Assembly (NCBI GenBank): GCA_964016885.1
Contig: CAXHJY010000529.1
Location: 1-64,000, forward strand
Source: Eledone cirrhosa
Taxonomy: Eukaryota
DNA: 64,000 bases
Direction: 5' to 3'
The notes under the pieces are model-generated. The model ran no database searches and was not told the DNA's origin. It saw nothing but the letters and a program-made list of their open reading frames with translations. The position numbers and the translations under genes are program-made. Shown here in pieces: positions 44,250 through 56,956 of this stretch. Position 1 is the first letter of the stretch. Every line of letters begins with the position of its first letter.

Positions 44250-44555
44250 GAGACATGTAGGTAGAAGACATGTGGGTAGGTAGAAGACCTGTGGGTAGGT
44301 AGAAGACTTGTGGGTAGAGGGAGACATGTGGGTAGGTAGAAGACTTGTGGGTAGAGGAAGACATGTGGGTAGAGAGAAGACTTGTGGGTAGAGGGAGACA
44401 TGTGGGTAGAGGGAGATATGTGGGTAGGTAGAAGACATGTGGGTAGAGGGAGACATGTGGGTAGAGGGAGACATGTGGGTAGGTAGAAGACATGTGGGTA
44501 AAGGGAGACATGTGGGTAGGTAGAAGACATGTGGGTAGAGGGAGACATGTGGGTT
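44250..44555. repeat. 18-19 bp minisatellite (gacatgtgggtagaggga / gacatgtgggtaggtagaa)
   Basis: Direct reading. Confidence 0.93.
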
Positions 44556-45059
44556 GATAAAGACATGTACAAACAGACTGTCAATTTATTGTCGAGTTTC
44601 GATTAATTCATAAAGAAAGCAGTCAATAGGAATTATGACGTCATCCAATTGATCTTTAATCATATTGGGCCATCATTCATTGTCATTCAATACGTATTTG
44701 ATCACATTAGGTCACCGTTTACAATAATTCCGTCCATCATATCGATCTCAATTATTATTTTAATATAGTACATACTTTATTGATTTGTAGTTATTGAACC
44801 TCTACATTAATCGATAAAAAAGAGGTTTTTAAATATCATAAACACAGACACATCCATAATCAGTTACCTGCAGGTTTAGGGTCCTTCAGATTTAGGTATT
44901 CAGCTCCCTGTACCAAGAGGACTGAATATAAGTATATACAATTATATAGCCTGTTTGTAGGTCAGACAACAACATTTATGAGAGGCCATATGCCCTGGGT
45001 GGTCGGGTGACCCAAGACTGAATGTCTTTATATAATTGTTTATTGTGCATACAAATATA

Positions 45060-45260
45060 TAGCCTGCTTGTAGGTCAGAGAACAGCATTTTGGGAGAGGT
45101 CATCCGTCCTTGCTAACTTGTTTGTAGGTCAAACAACAGCATTTTGGGGGAGGTCATCTGTCCTTGCTAACTTGTTTGTAGGTCAAACAACAGCATTTTG
45201 GGGGAGGTCATCTGCTCTTAATAACTTGTTTGTAGGTCAGACAACAATATTTTGGAGAGA
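45060..45260. repeat. 54-bp tandem repeat, about 3.5 copies (related unit near 44950)
   Basis: tttgtaggtcaaacaacagcattttgggggaggtcatctgtccttgctaacttg. Confidence 0.9.
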
Positions 45261-45952
45261 CCTTTGTGGATCTGTGAGGGCTCCTCAGTTAACCTTAGAT
45301 ATTCAGTTCACTGTAACAGAATGATTGAACACCTTATATATAATACTATATGTATCTGTTACCTATCTTAAACCGCCTTAACCTTAATATAGTAACTTGT
45401 CTTTATAATTCTTCTTTCATCCGACACCTTTGTGGTAAATAAAAAGAAAAATCGTCATCGACATTATTAGTACCAGTAACAAACTGGGGTCGGTTTAATC
45501 GACTTTCCCGTCCCCAAAATTGCTGGCCTTGTGCCCAAATCTGAAACCTGTATTAGTATTAGTATTAATCGTATTATGGTTCTACATGATAGTATTTCAT
45601 ATTTCATTCATGACACGGATAAATAGATAGAGAGAGAGTGAGAGAGAGTGAGAGAGAGAGTGAGAGAGAGTGAGAGAGAGAGAGAGAGTGAGAGATAATA
45701 AAGATAAGAGAATGTTAAAGTTAAAGTGAAGGGGAAAAAATAGTCACGAAGCAATTTAACAGATTGAGAGGAGTGGTGGGAGGAGGTGTCGTTAGAGAAG
45801 AGGGGTGGGGAGTGTCAGAGGAGGGGGTTGGGGGATAGAGAGGGGAGGGGAGGGGGAGCGGTATGTGGGAGGAGGAGGGAGGCATGCAGGAAAGGAAATG
45901 TTGTAAGATTAATGAATAATGTATATAAAACAAAAACGAAGCTAATTGCGGA

Positions 45953-45975
45953 TAGTAGTAGTAGTAGTAGCATAA

Positions 45976-46029
<54 letters not shown>

Positions 46030-46030
46030 C

Positions 46031-46074
<44 letters not shown>

Positions 46075-46122
46075 CATAATAGTAGTAGTAGTAGTAGTAG
46101 CATAATAGTAGTAGTAGCATAA

Positions 46123-46164
<42 letters not shown>

Positions 46165-46395
46165 CAGTAATAGTAGTAGTAGCAGTAGTAGTAGCATAAT
46201 AGTAGTAGTAGTAGTAGTAGTAGTAGTAATAGTAGTAGTAGTAATAGTAGTAGTAGCAGTAATAGTAGTAGTAGTAGTAATAGTAGTAGTAGTAGTAATA
46301 GTAGTAGTAATAGTAGTAGTAGTAGTAATAGTAGTAGTAGCAGTAATAGTAGTAGTAGTAGTGTAGAGTGGTAGTAGTAGTAGTAGTAGCAGTAG
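45953..46395. repeat. (TAG)n microsatellite
   Basis: Direct reading. Confidence 0.97.
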
Positions 46396-46699
46396 TGAGA
46401 ATGTGAAATAGTAGTAGTGGTTATGTGGTTCTATTTAGATATAAATGTTTCCGGACATCGTTAAAGAACGAACCTATATGTACTCACTTGACCTGCTAGA
46501 AATAGCAGTCAAATCTCGACTTCCACTAAACCATCATAGAAAAAAATGTTTGGTTTAATTGAAATAGTGTTGTCCTGGAAACGAGGACTGACTATGAAGG
46601 AGTGATGCTAGAGTTGTAAAATCTTGAATGCACCAATTTCAACTTATCTTATTAATAACTGCATTGTTTCTTTCCAGGGACTATGTTGAAAAATAACCC

Positions 46700-46988
46700 T
46701 CATTTGGTCATTCCATGAGAATATCTTGGTCAGCCTATGAAATTTTTAAAAAATAAATTTCATTTCGTCATTCCATGAGAGTATCTTGGTCAGCCTATGA
46801 AATTTTTAAAAAATAAATTTCATTTCGTCATTCCATGAGAATATCTTGGTCAGCCTATGAAATTTTTAAAAAATAAATTTCATTTCGTCATTCCATGAGA
46901 GTATCTTGGTCAGCCTATGAACCTTTTAAAAAGTATACTTCATTTGGTCATTCCATGAGAGTATCTTGGTCAGCCTATGAAATTTTTA
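46700..46988. repeat. About 60-bp tandem repeat, 5 copies
   Basis: catttcgtcattccatgagagtatcttggtcagcctatgaaatttttaaaaaataaattt. Confidence 0.95.
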
Positions 46989-47224
46989 GCCGACCCATGT
47001 ACACTATGTGTAAAGGAAAAAAATTCAGGAGGATCGTGGCTTGAATTTCCCGCTTAAATTTGAACCTTACAATGAACCGATGTTAAAATAATATAAGTTA
47101 CAATGTAAACCTCAAGTAAGTGTTATGTTTCTAAACAGAACGGAGTGAAACTACGAAGAAATGTTTAAATATTCGGCTGGATTACGTTACAGCGCCATCT
47201 GCCACTCTTCCTACGGATGTATTC

Positions 47225-47430
47225 AGTTAAAGGCGTCACATTTATTTAAACATTTGAAACAAGAAGCTGAAGAAGTCATTTAAAATTTTGTTTCTCGTGG
47301 ATGTTTTTGAAAAGTTCAAGAAACGATCTAATTAGTATCCATAGCACTTGCACAGCAGACAAATCAGCAAGTACTGAGACATCACGGCTGCATTGGAATT
47401 TCAAACACCATTCAAGGGTTTCATAGAAAG
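47225..47430 (+). mobile_element. Decayed pogo/Tigger-like transposase fragment
   Basis: With frameshifts reads FVSRG(W)FEKFKKR...KSAST..TAALEF, like the F.AS.GWF.KFK.R...GESASAD motif after the CENP-B-type HTH. Confidence 0.55.
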
Positions 47431-47608
47431 GTAAATATCAACTAAGTCTTTTACATCTGTCGCCGACAAGGATACGAAAAACGATACTACAAACCAACTA
47501 CCGCTGATCTCCAAGGGTTCTCTGACACCACAACTAGATAGGAATTGGCAGCAACTATATATATATATCAAACTAAACAAATCAAGTTTGTGCTAGTACG
47601 CCGAAATT

Positions 47609-47685
47609 TCTCACTCAGTGGGACGGGGGTGTATTTTTGTTAAGAGGTGCCTACTGACTGTAGGTTTCGCTTTGTACTTAGGCAA
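47609..47685. repeat. About 75-bp dispersed repeat with an inverted near-identical copy at 61271-61346
   Basis: tgggacgggggtgtattt..taagaggtgcctactgactgtaggtttcgctttgtacttaggcaaggcgggtctt. Confidence 0.85.
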
Positions 47686-47790
47686 GGCGGGTCTTATATA
47701 TACTAATAATAAATGTGAAGACTAAAATCCAAAGAGGGCTCGATAAGGATAAATATATATCAAATATATAAGAAACTTAGAGCAAATATT

Positions 47791-47917
47791 TATTAAAATA
47801 ACAGATTAAAGTTTAAGCAAAGAATCGCTGCTTTCACCCTTAACGGGAGTTTCAGACGATCCCGTTAAGGGTGAAAGCAGCGATTCTTTGCTTAAACTTT
47901 AATCTGTTATTTTAATA
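47791..47917. mobile_element. Penelope-like fold-back element, family C (58-bp perfect arms, 11-nt loop)
   Basis: 47791-47848 is the reverse complement of 47860-47917; loop and right arm read CaGACGA-tCCCgttaaGGGt-GAAA. Confidence 0.65.
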
Positions 47918-47984
47918 TATATATATCTATATATATATATATATATATAACGTTGTGACAGATAACTCCATTAATTCGGGAATC

Positions 47985-48077
47985 CACAAGTCTGATGAGC
48001 TAGCGATTCCAGAGTCAGGCATGATCACTCCTGATCGTACCTTGAGTTGATCGATCGTGAAACGCGCGTCGCGTGTG
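47985..48077 (+). ncRNA. Putative type I hammerhead ribozyme, Penelope-type, with extended stem II
   Basis: cacaagt-CTGATGA(47992-47998)-gctagcgat...atcgatcgt-GAAA-C-GCGC-G-TC(48070)-gcgtgtg, then AATAAA at 48078. Confidence 0.75.
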
Positions 48078-48794
48078 AATAAACACAATGATGTTATGTT
48101 GATACTTCTTTCCTACTCCATATATGTGTGTGTGCGTGTGTGTACAATATATATATATATGTATATAATAGAATATAACCTATAATACACCACACGCACC
48201 CACATTTATATCTGTGTCTTGTTTATATATATATATGTATCGTACTAAAGTTATAATTAGCCGTTTACACTCTACTAAGACCAATTATAAATAACAAATA
48301 AAAAAGAGCCAACCGGTGTAAAACAAGTTACAAACGTCACCCCATAATATGCCCGGAGAACAAATATCAATGTTAATATGTCTGTACCAACAAGCTGAAT
48401 CACTGATAACAATGATTAATAATGTTAAAAACTGACTAAAATTCCGGTTTGAAAATAAAAAATATTAAAAGCAGATGTCTAGACGAATTAATTTATAAAA
48501 TAATAAAACATTTGTCTTAAACGTAACCAGCGATTATAAGACTGTAGAAGCAGCTTTTAATGTGTATTTGTGTTTGTGTGAAAGTGCGTGTGTGTGTGTG
48601 TGTGTGTTTTTGTTTGTTTGTTTGTTTGTTGAAATTTTATAGCTGGAGTTGTAATAATGGAAAGTAGTGTAATAATTATTATAAGAGGCAACCGAAATTT
48701 ATAGCTAAATCAAACCGGTTATCCACTAGAATTGGTTTACCATACAGATATAGTCATTATAATTTAAAATTGATAGCTATATGCTGTAAGACTT

Positions 48795-48905
48795 GTAGCT
48801 GAGTGGTTAGAGAATTGGATTCACTACCGCGAGGTAGTGAATATGATTCCCAGCTCGAGCGATGCGTTATGTTCTTGAACAAGATACTTTATTTTACGTT
48901 GCTTT
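48795..48905 (+). mobile_element. Old CORE-type SINE (S2) head
   Basis: gtagctgagtggttagag..gattccc..ttcttgaacaagatactttattttacgttgct. Confidence 0.7.
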
Positions 48906-49685
48906 TTTCTGCCAGGAGTTGCGACAGGGAGATTGTATAAGTATATTGGAAAGACTAATGGACACATTGTTTCATTGATCCAATCTGACGAGTTCCACTC
49001 CACTCGGTATACGAATGAAGTCTGGGGTCTTGTCGTTCATTGGTGGATGTACAGATATGCTGTAACATTTTCTAAGAGTTCATTTATCAGTGGTTCTCTT
49101 GCATAAAATCACGTAGACTTCATTCTAGGTTCTAGTAGGTAATGACGTCATTCCATTCCCAAAACTATGTAGATTACGAGGTAGCATTTTCCGCCTTTTT
49201 CTTAGCTGCGTTCCAAAAGAAACAGGCGTGCTTATGGCACCGGATATTGAAATTATTGGTAATTACCTCAATGTGTTCCTTCTGCGTGGCTAAGGTATTA
49301 ACAAAATATATTTATACAGTTCTATTTACTCTTTTATCTGTTCCAGCCATCCGGCTGAGGCCATGCTGGGGTACCGCCCTTATTTAGTTATGAAAGTTTA
49401 GACAATTTCAATTATCATTATTATTTCTGTTAATTATTTAATTCAACCAAATTAGACGAAGCAACAATATTCAGGGCTGGATTAGGTACGACAGAGATAG
49501 TTTCAGGTTATTTCTATTAGATATTCCTTGTATGTATTTATGTCGTAAATATACCTCGGTCCTAGGTGGAGCTACTGTAGAGATTCTTAAAGTGGGCGCT
49601 ACAACCCCCCCCCCCCGGGTGAGAAGCTCCAGGGGGCCCCGTAAAAATGATATAATAGTATATTAAATATCAATCGATACATATT

Positions 49686-49760
49686 ACAGTAAAATTCCGT
49701 TATAACGAAATTCACGTGGTATAAAAAAAATTCGCTGTAACGAAAAATTCTTCATAACAA
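49686..49760 (+). mobile_element. pogo/Tigger-like terminal repeat fragment
   Basis: TA|CAGTAAAATTCCGTTATAACGAA start. Confidence 0.4.
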
Positions 49761-49869
49761 GATCAACCTAACACATTGAACGTGTGTGTGGTCGGGGGGG
49801 GGGGATTTCATTTAGACATTATAGTATCTATATATATATATATATATATAGACACTATAATGTCTAAAT

Positions 49870-49913
<44 letters not shown>

Positions 49914-49923
49914 TATATATATA

Positions 49924-50013
49924 TAACGAAGAAAATGTGGTAAGGAACCAGGTGGACCATAACGCACCAAAGTACTCAATACTTAGGGTAGTAGAGTGGG
50001 GTCCTACTCGTTC

Positions 50014-50017
<4 letters not shown>
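49924..50017 (-). mobile_element. Penelope-like family A 3' tail fragment
   Basis: gtggtaaggaaccaggtggaccataacgcaccaaagtactcaatac. Confidence 0.75.
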
Positions 50018-50044
<27 letters not shown>

Positions 50045-50142
50045 CTATATATATAGTTAGAATTAATACATAGAGCACTCTTTTTTCCTTTGATTTTCCT
50101 TCGGAATTACCTATATATATAGATAGCGTCTATCTCTCTCTC

Positions 50143-50175
<33 letters not shown>

Positions 50176-52189
50176 CACTATGTATGCGTGTGTGCCTGAA
50201 GCACTAAAAGATATGTAGGAAAAGGTAGGGGGGGGTATGTATTGTCATTAACGGTAATGGGTTGTGTTTGCTTATTGCACATTAAGTTTCCCAGGAATCA
50301 GACTCCAGTCACTCAGTCTGACTGACTGCAAGGTTATCAATATATTTGTCATCAGTTCGATCAGTACAGCAATCATTTACATAATCACTTCTCCTCTTAG
50401 GAGAAGTGATTATGTAAATGATTCATAGCGTTATTGTTGCTGTTGTTGCTGTTACTGTATTTTGTGTTTGTGTATATATATGATGGTGGTATGGTGGTAA
50501 TGGTGGTGGTGGTATGGTGGTGGTGGTGGTGATGGTGGTATGGTGGTGGTGGTGATGGTGGTATGGTGGTATGGTGGTGGTGGTGGTAATGGTGGTGGTG
50601 GTGGTGGTATGGTGGTGGTGGTGGTGGTGGAATAAAGAATTGCCGCAATGACAGGCAGACAAGGTGGGGTGGGGTGGGGTAGGAGGGTGGTGTGGGTGAG
50701 AAGAAGGAACGTGAAATGAAATATGGCAGCTGGAAAGGTGGTGATGGTGATGGTGATGATGGTGTATGGTAATGGAATGAGAGACAGGGGGGGGGGGACA
50801 TTAAAATGACGTCTATAGCGTAAGAGTAGCAGTGAGAGAGAGAGAGGGAGGGGGGAGAATAAGGGCTAGAAGGGAAACTTCAAGACGTCAGATTGATAGA
50901 GAGATAGGCAGGAGAGTTAATCCGGAGAAAGAGACAAGGGGACAGAGGGGGAAGGAGAGGGAGAGAGCAGGAGGGGGAGAGAGAGGGAGAGAGCAGGAGG
51001 GGGAGAGGGGCGGAAAGGGAGATCAGTCAATGCGTTTAAAATGATACATGAAGGTGACTGGTGGCGCTGCGGTGCTAGAGATGCTTATTATTGGTTATTG
51101 ATTGACGTCTTAGGATCAGACACGATAGAAACTTTACCCCCACCTCCACCAGGCACGATAGAAACCCTCCACCCCCGCTACCAACCATCACCACCACCAC
51201 GATAGAAACATTCCGCTCTCCACCACCACCACCACCATCATCATCACCACCACATTAGGATCAGACACGATAGAAACGACCCCCCCCCCCCTCCACCACA
51301 TATATATTACATAAGGTCACTAGAAGAAGAAAGAAAAAAAGAACGAGAAGCGGAAGAATAAATAAGAGAAATGTGAAAAAGAAAAAGAAGGATAAGGAGA
51401 AAGAGAAGAAAGCAAAGAAGAAGGTAAAGAAGGCAAAGAAGAAGGTAAAGAAGGCAAAGAAGAAGGTAAAGAAGGCAAAGAAGAAGAAGGTAAAGAAGGC
51501 AAAGAAGAAGAAAAAAAAGAAAAAGAAGAAAAGCGGAATAGAAGGTAGGAGAAGAAGGAAACTGTGGGAAGGGAAGTTACCTACTTCTTTTGTTTGTTGT
51601 TGTTGTTGTTGTGATGATGGAAGGAGAAAAGTAGATTGAAAAGATCGACATAGTTAGATAAGGATATGGCGGGGGGGGGGGGGGTGACGTAATAGAAAGA
51701 TGGGGAGGAGGAGGAGGAGGAGGAGGAAGGTAGTAGAGAAAAAATAAAAAACGAACGATAAAAAAACTAGGAGAATGTGAGTGGTGAGGGTGGTGGTGGT
51801 GTGATGGGGAGGGGGAAGGTAGTGTGTGGTAGTGGAGGGTGAGGGTGGTGGTGGTGGGATTTTGTGATAGGGGAGGGAGGTGGTGGTGTGTCGGTTACGG
51901 TAGAAGCAGTATCGTAATGAAATAGAGAACGAACTTATAACTGAAGAGATAGTGGAAACTGGGTATAGTGATATTGTAGTGGGGGGTGAGGTATAGTGGT
52001 GGGATGGGGAAAGACGATAATATTGGGTGTGGCAGATTCCCTGTGTGTGTGTGTGAGTATGTATGAATGTGTATATGTGTGTAATGTGACAAAGTTCAGG
52101 AAACAGATTGCAGTTTTTCGGAGAGAGGGGAGGGATGCTGTTACGTAGTTGATTTTTTTCTAAAACCCATGTTCTTTTATTTTATAAAT

Positions 52190-52610
52190 CCTCACCCTCA
52201 ACCCACCAAAAAACCAGCCAACCAACCATCCAGCCCACCCACTAACCCACCAACCAACCAACCCATCATCTATCCCATCTACTCCCCCACAAACCCACCA
52301 ACACACCAGCCAACCAATCCACCATCCAACGAACCTACCAACCCACCCACCTGTCAACCTCCCAACCAACCAACCAACCAACCCACCTACCTACCAAACC
52401 CCAGCCAACCCACCCACCAACCAACCAATCCACCTACCAACCCCCAACCAACCCACCCACCTGCCAACCCACCAACCAACCAATCCACCTACCAACCCCC
52501 ACCTTCCAACCCACCAATCCATCTACCAACCCCCCAACCAACCAACCTACCAACCAACCAAGCCCCCAACCCACCCCCAAACCTACCAACCACCAGCCAA
52601 CCAACCCTAC
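52190..52610. repeat. (CCAA/CCCA)n low-complexity tract
   Basis: Direct reading. Confidence 0.9.
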
Positions 52611-52901
52611 TAAAAAATGATAAACGTGGAAAATATGCAGAGTCAACAGTTAGTAATGTAATTAAATGAACGTAAAGAAAGAGAAAAAAAAAGAACAGAA
52701 CAAAAAAAAAAACATGCCTTCCGCGTTTCTCGGTTTTATATAGGCTACACATACACACACACACACCCACACACACACACATTTGCGACACACAGACACA
52801 CATTTGCGACATACACTCACATGTATTTGCGACACACACACAGACACATACATTTGCAATAGACACATGTATTTGCCACACATACACACACATGTATTTG
52901 C

Positions 52902-52933
<32 letters not shown>

Positions 52934-53231
52934 TTTGCAATAAACACACACGTATCTGCAACACACACATACACACATTTGCAATAAACACACACGTATC
53001 TGCAACACACACATACACACATTTGCAATAGACACACACGTATCTGCAACACACAGACATCGTATCTGCTAAAATCGAATTATTTCTCAATTGCTCTATA
53101 TTCGCCTGTCTACATATATATGGTTCTTTTCTACCCCTCCCTCCTCTCCCCCACCATCCCACCACCCCACACTCTCTACCTCCCCCCACCACCCCACACT
53201 CTCTATCTCTCCCCCTCCTATCCTCTATCCA

Positions 53232-53618
53232 GAATTGGCAGTATCGGTAGAGTGTTGGACGCCATGCTTTCCAGCATAGTTACGACCCTTTATGATCTGA
53301 GTTCAAGTCCCGCCGAGGTTAACTTTGCCTTTCACCCTTACGGGGTCGATAAAAATAAAGTACCAGTAATGCACTGGGATAATTGCTGGCTTTGTGCTAA
53401 AAATAGAAACAATTATTATTATTATGCAATATATAAGGTGGTATCAGTATCGGTAGAGCGCTGGACAACATGCTTTGCGGCATATGGTTACGTCCCTTTA
53501 TGTTCACCCTTACAGGGTCAATAAAATAAAGTACCAGTAATGCACTGGTGTCGATTTAATCGACTTTCCCTACACTTCCACCAAAGTTGCTGGCCTTGTG
53601 CCTCAATCAGAAACCAAT
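53232..53618 (+). mobile_element. Two tandem SINE S1 copies (53232-53412, 53438-53618)
   Basis: Head, body and tail motifs; second copy internally deleted. Confidence 0.9.
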
Positions 53619-53984
53619 ATTTCTACATCAATTCAAACATTAAATGTGTTGTTGGTTTTCTTATTTCCTAAAACTAATAATTATTCACTTCAGACTTGAA
53701 GACGAGGCAAAGTAAACATTCTGACCTCCAGTTTTGTATTTTCTGTTTGTTTCATTCACGAGTGACGTAAATGGTAAGAGATTAATTAGTTTCCAATTGG
53801 AAGCAATTGTAATGATATATAGTCAGAATCTCGCTCACTTGAGGCTTATCATTTCATCTACGGCCGCTTGCCACCACGTAAAATACAGTTGAATTGTTTC
53901 TAACTTTGTAACTAGATAGGACATTTTAGGAGGGATGAAAAGTAGTGAATTTCTTCTAGGAAAGAATTAAACACAATATCTAAA

Positions 53985-54575
53985 ACGTATATATAGTGTA
54001 TATATATATAGCTATGACTTCTAATACGTATATATACAGTGTATATATATAGCTATGACTTCTAATACGTATATATATAGTGTATCTATAGCTATGACTT
54101 CTAATACGTATATATATATATATATACAGTGTATCTTATAGCTATGACTTCTAATACGTATATGTATAGTGTATATACAGTGTATATATAGCTATGACTT
54201 CTAATACGTATATACAGTGTATATAGCTAAGACATGCGATGCCCCAGCACGGCCTCAGCCGGGTGGCTGGAACAGGTAAAAAAATATATATAGTGTATAT
54301 ATAGCTATGACTTCTAATACGTATATATACAGGGTATATATAGCTATGACTTCTAATACGTATGTATGCAGTGTATATATAGCTATGACTTCTAATACGT
54401 ATGTATACAGGGTATATATAGCTATGACTTCTAATACGTATGTATGCAGTGTATATATAGCTATGACTTGTAAAACCTATATATACAGTGTATATATAGG
54501 TATGACTTTTAAATAATATATGTATATATGGTGTAAACAGCTAAGACATGTAAAACGTATATATACAGTGTATAT
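53985..54575. repeat. About 39-bp minisatellite (tatagctatgacttctaatacgta...), interrupted by a short dispersed repeat
   Basis: About 10 recognisable units. Confidence 0.9.
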
Positions 54576-54964
54576 AACCAACTTCTGAATAATAATTAAC
54601 CATATACAATGTATGTAGTTAAGATTTCTAAATAATAATAATAATAATAAAACCGTAATTATATTATCTTAAGTTTACCCTAACCTTCAAATATTCGCTG
54701 TATTCTTGTATAAATATTACAATTGAATTATGTCACCAAACGTATGAGTGCCATGTAAATTAATGTGAACATTTAAGATATTCCTTATGACATATTTAAT
54801 AATGTATTCGTCATATACTTCCCTACACGGAATCGGAGGGGGGGGGGGGTAAATATTTATTCGCTGACGAGGATGCAATAACGTCGGAAATGCTTTATGT
54901 AACTTGTCTTTGTAATGCCCCCCCACCCCATTCGGTGCCCTAGTGGAAAATATAAGAAATCTTT

Positions 54965-55014
<50 letters not shown>

Positions 55015-55483
55015 ACGCATTAAAAACAAACTCAGGCTAAAATAACCAAAGCACTAAACACAAACGTCAGTTGCTCTCACAATGGTTGCTAAGATTGTAA
55101 CTTATCTGACGGACATAAATGTTACTCGGTCACTGATAATATTCACTTCTAAAGCTGTATACACACACACACACACACTTACAGAGTAGTGTACAATACA
55201 CGACACACACATTCACACACTTACAGAGTAGTGTACAATACACACACTCACTCACACGACACACACTCAGTCACACACGACACATACACATGACATATAT
55301 CTTAGCAACTAAGGAAGATATTCGGTGACAATGACAATCGGTTTAACGCCTAAATATAATCTGAAGTATTAATCGGAAGTAAACAAATGAAGCTGCCTCT
55401 CGTTCAGAAAACCCAGCTTACTATAGACAGAGGATCATTATATAGGTTTACAGGATTTAATACAGAGAGAGAGAGAGAGACAG

Positions 55484-55517
<34 letters not shown>

Positions 55518-55571
55518 AGACAGAGACAGGGAGTGCGCATATAAATATCAGCAACTTATACTATGTTTAGA

Positions 55572-55735
55572 GACGGTAAATTGGCAGAGTCGTTAGAACG
55601 TCAGATAAAATGCTGTGTGTTATTAGTTCCAGATCTCTACTCTCTGAGTTCAAATCCTGACGAAGCTAACTTTGCTTGTCATCGTTTCAAGACCGAGGGG
55701 AAAAATCTACCAGTTTAATACTGGGGTCAAATCTT
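55572..55735 (+). mobile_element. SINE S1 (degenerate)
   Basis: ttggcagagtcgttagaac..ctgagttcaaatcc..taccagtttaatactggggtc. Confidence 0.8.
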
Positions 55736-56920
55736 CCCCCATATCTCTTTCTCATTTTCCATTCTCTCAATCTCCCTAACTTTCTCTTGAATAAATCTGG
55801 CGTATTCAGATATGGAGAGGTTTTTTAATGTCCTAGAAACGTCCTATGTCAATACGGTGGCAGTCGTAGGGGTGCCGTATTGACATATGGCTATCGCAAT
55901 GATATATATGCCTGGGTGGGGGTAAAACACCCAAGGAGTGCAGAACACCAGGCGCAAGCCCGTTCATGGTCACAGCAGACAGAACAGAGAAAGTGTTACC
56001 CCACCGGAGGAGAGCGACGAGGGAGACACATTGAAATAACCATCCCAACTCGCGAGGGTCACTCCGGTCGATGGTCAACTCCTCTCCAATACCACACAGC
56101 TAGTGTGGAAATGGTTCAGGTTCAGGGGAACCAAGAAAGCCAGAAAGTCTCCACCATTATAGAGACTTCAGTCTGCCGGAAATTAACGTGAAATACAAAA
56201 CGAGGCATTGAAAGAGAAACCTAAACAGACGAAATACGAAATATCACCGAAAGAAAGACTAAAACAAAAAATAATAATATAGGCTCTCACACTGGAAACA
56301 TCAGCAAAATATTGAATTTTATAGATATTGAGATAAGCAATAAAGCATCATACATCACATGAGCTTGAACCAAAAAAAAAACAAGAGAAAAATGAATAGA
56401 TCCATGATACTACTACTACTACTACTACTACTACTGTTACTATTATTAACACACAAAAATATGTAAATATGCATATGTGTCTGTGTGTCTATCTATGTTA
56501 GTAAGCCAAATGTAAAAATATATAATAATAATAATAATAATATATAATAATAAACTAACAAAGAAGTTTGAGTGAAGTAAGGCTATCGGGTGACATAGAA
56601 AAACAATGTAACTCTTTATGAGGCGATTCTCTGCGTGTCAGACAGCAGTTTCAAATGCATCACTGAACGGTTTCATCAGTTGTAAGAGAGAGAGACACAG
56701 CTGTTGTTGTTGTTGTTGTTGTTGTTGCTGCTCTTTGTAATGGTTGTTAAGAAGGATTTGTTTTTGGAGTGCATAAAAATATCCCAAGTGCATTTGGCAA
56801 TCTGAAACCTTACCCAAAACTAGATTGCTATGGCTTTTAGTCTTTCTCTCTTTCTTCTTCATCTTCTTCTTCCATACAAATGAGCTGGCTGTGCGTGTTT
56901 GTAGGTGTATGTAACTTACG

Positions 56921-56956
<36 letters not shown>

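Noticed and set aside
44868-44925. Possible small minus-strand exon ending CAG|GTAACT
   Set aside because: Stop codon in the frame needed to join BCOR; no homology
51373-51639. Histone H1 or protamine-like KKAKKKVKK ORF
   Set aside because: Purine-rich 21-bp repeat (aagaaggtaaagaaggcaaag); no ATG start or globular domain
56814-56890. Exon-like minus-strand segment with a GTAAG donor (KKKERKTKSHSNLVL)
   Set aside because: Only the phase-1 frame is open, incompatible with the phase-2 ankyrin exon; weak acceptor; no BCOR similarity. A UTR exon cannot be excluded
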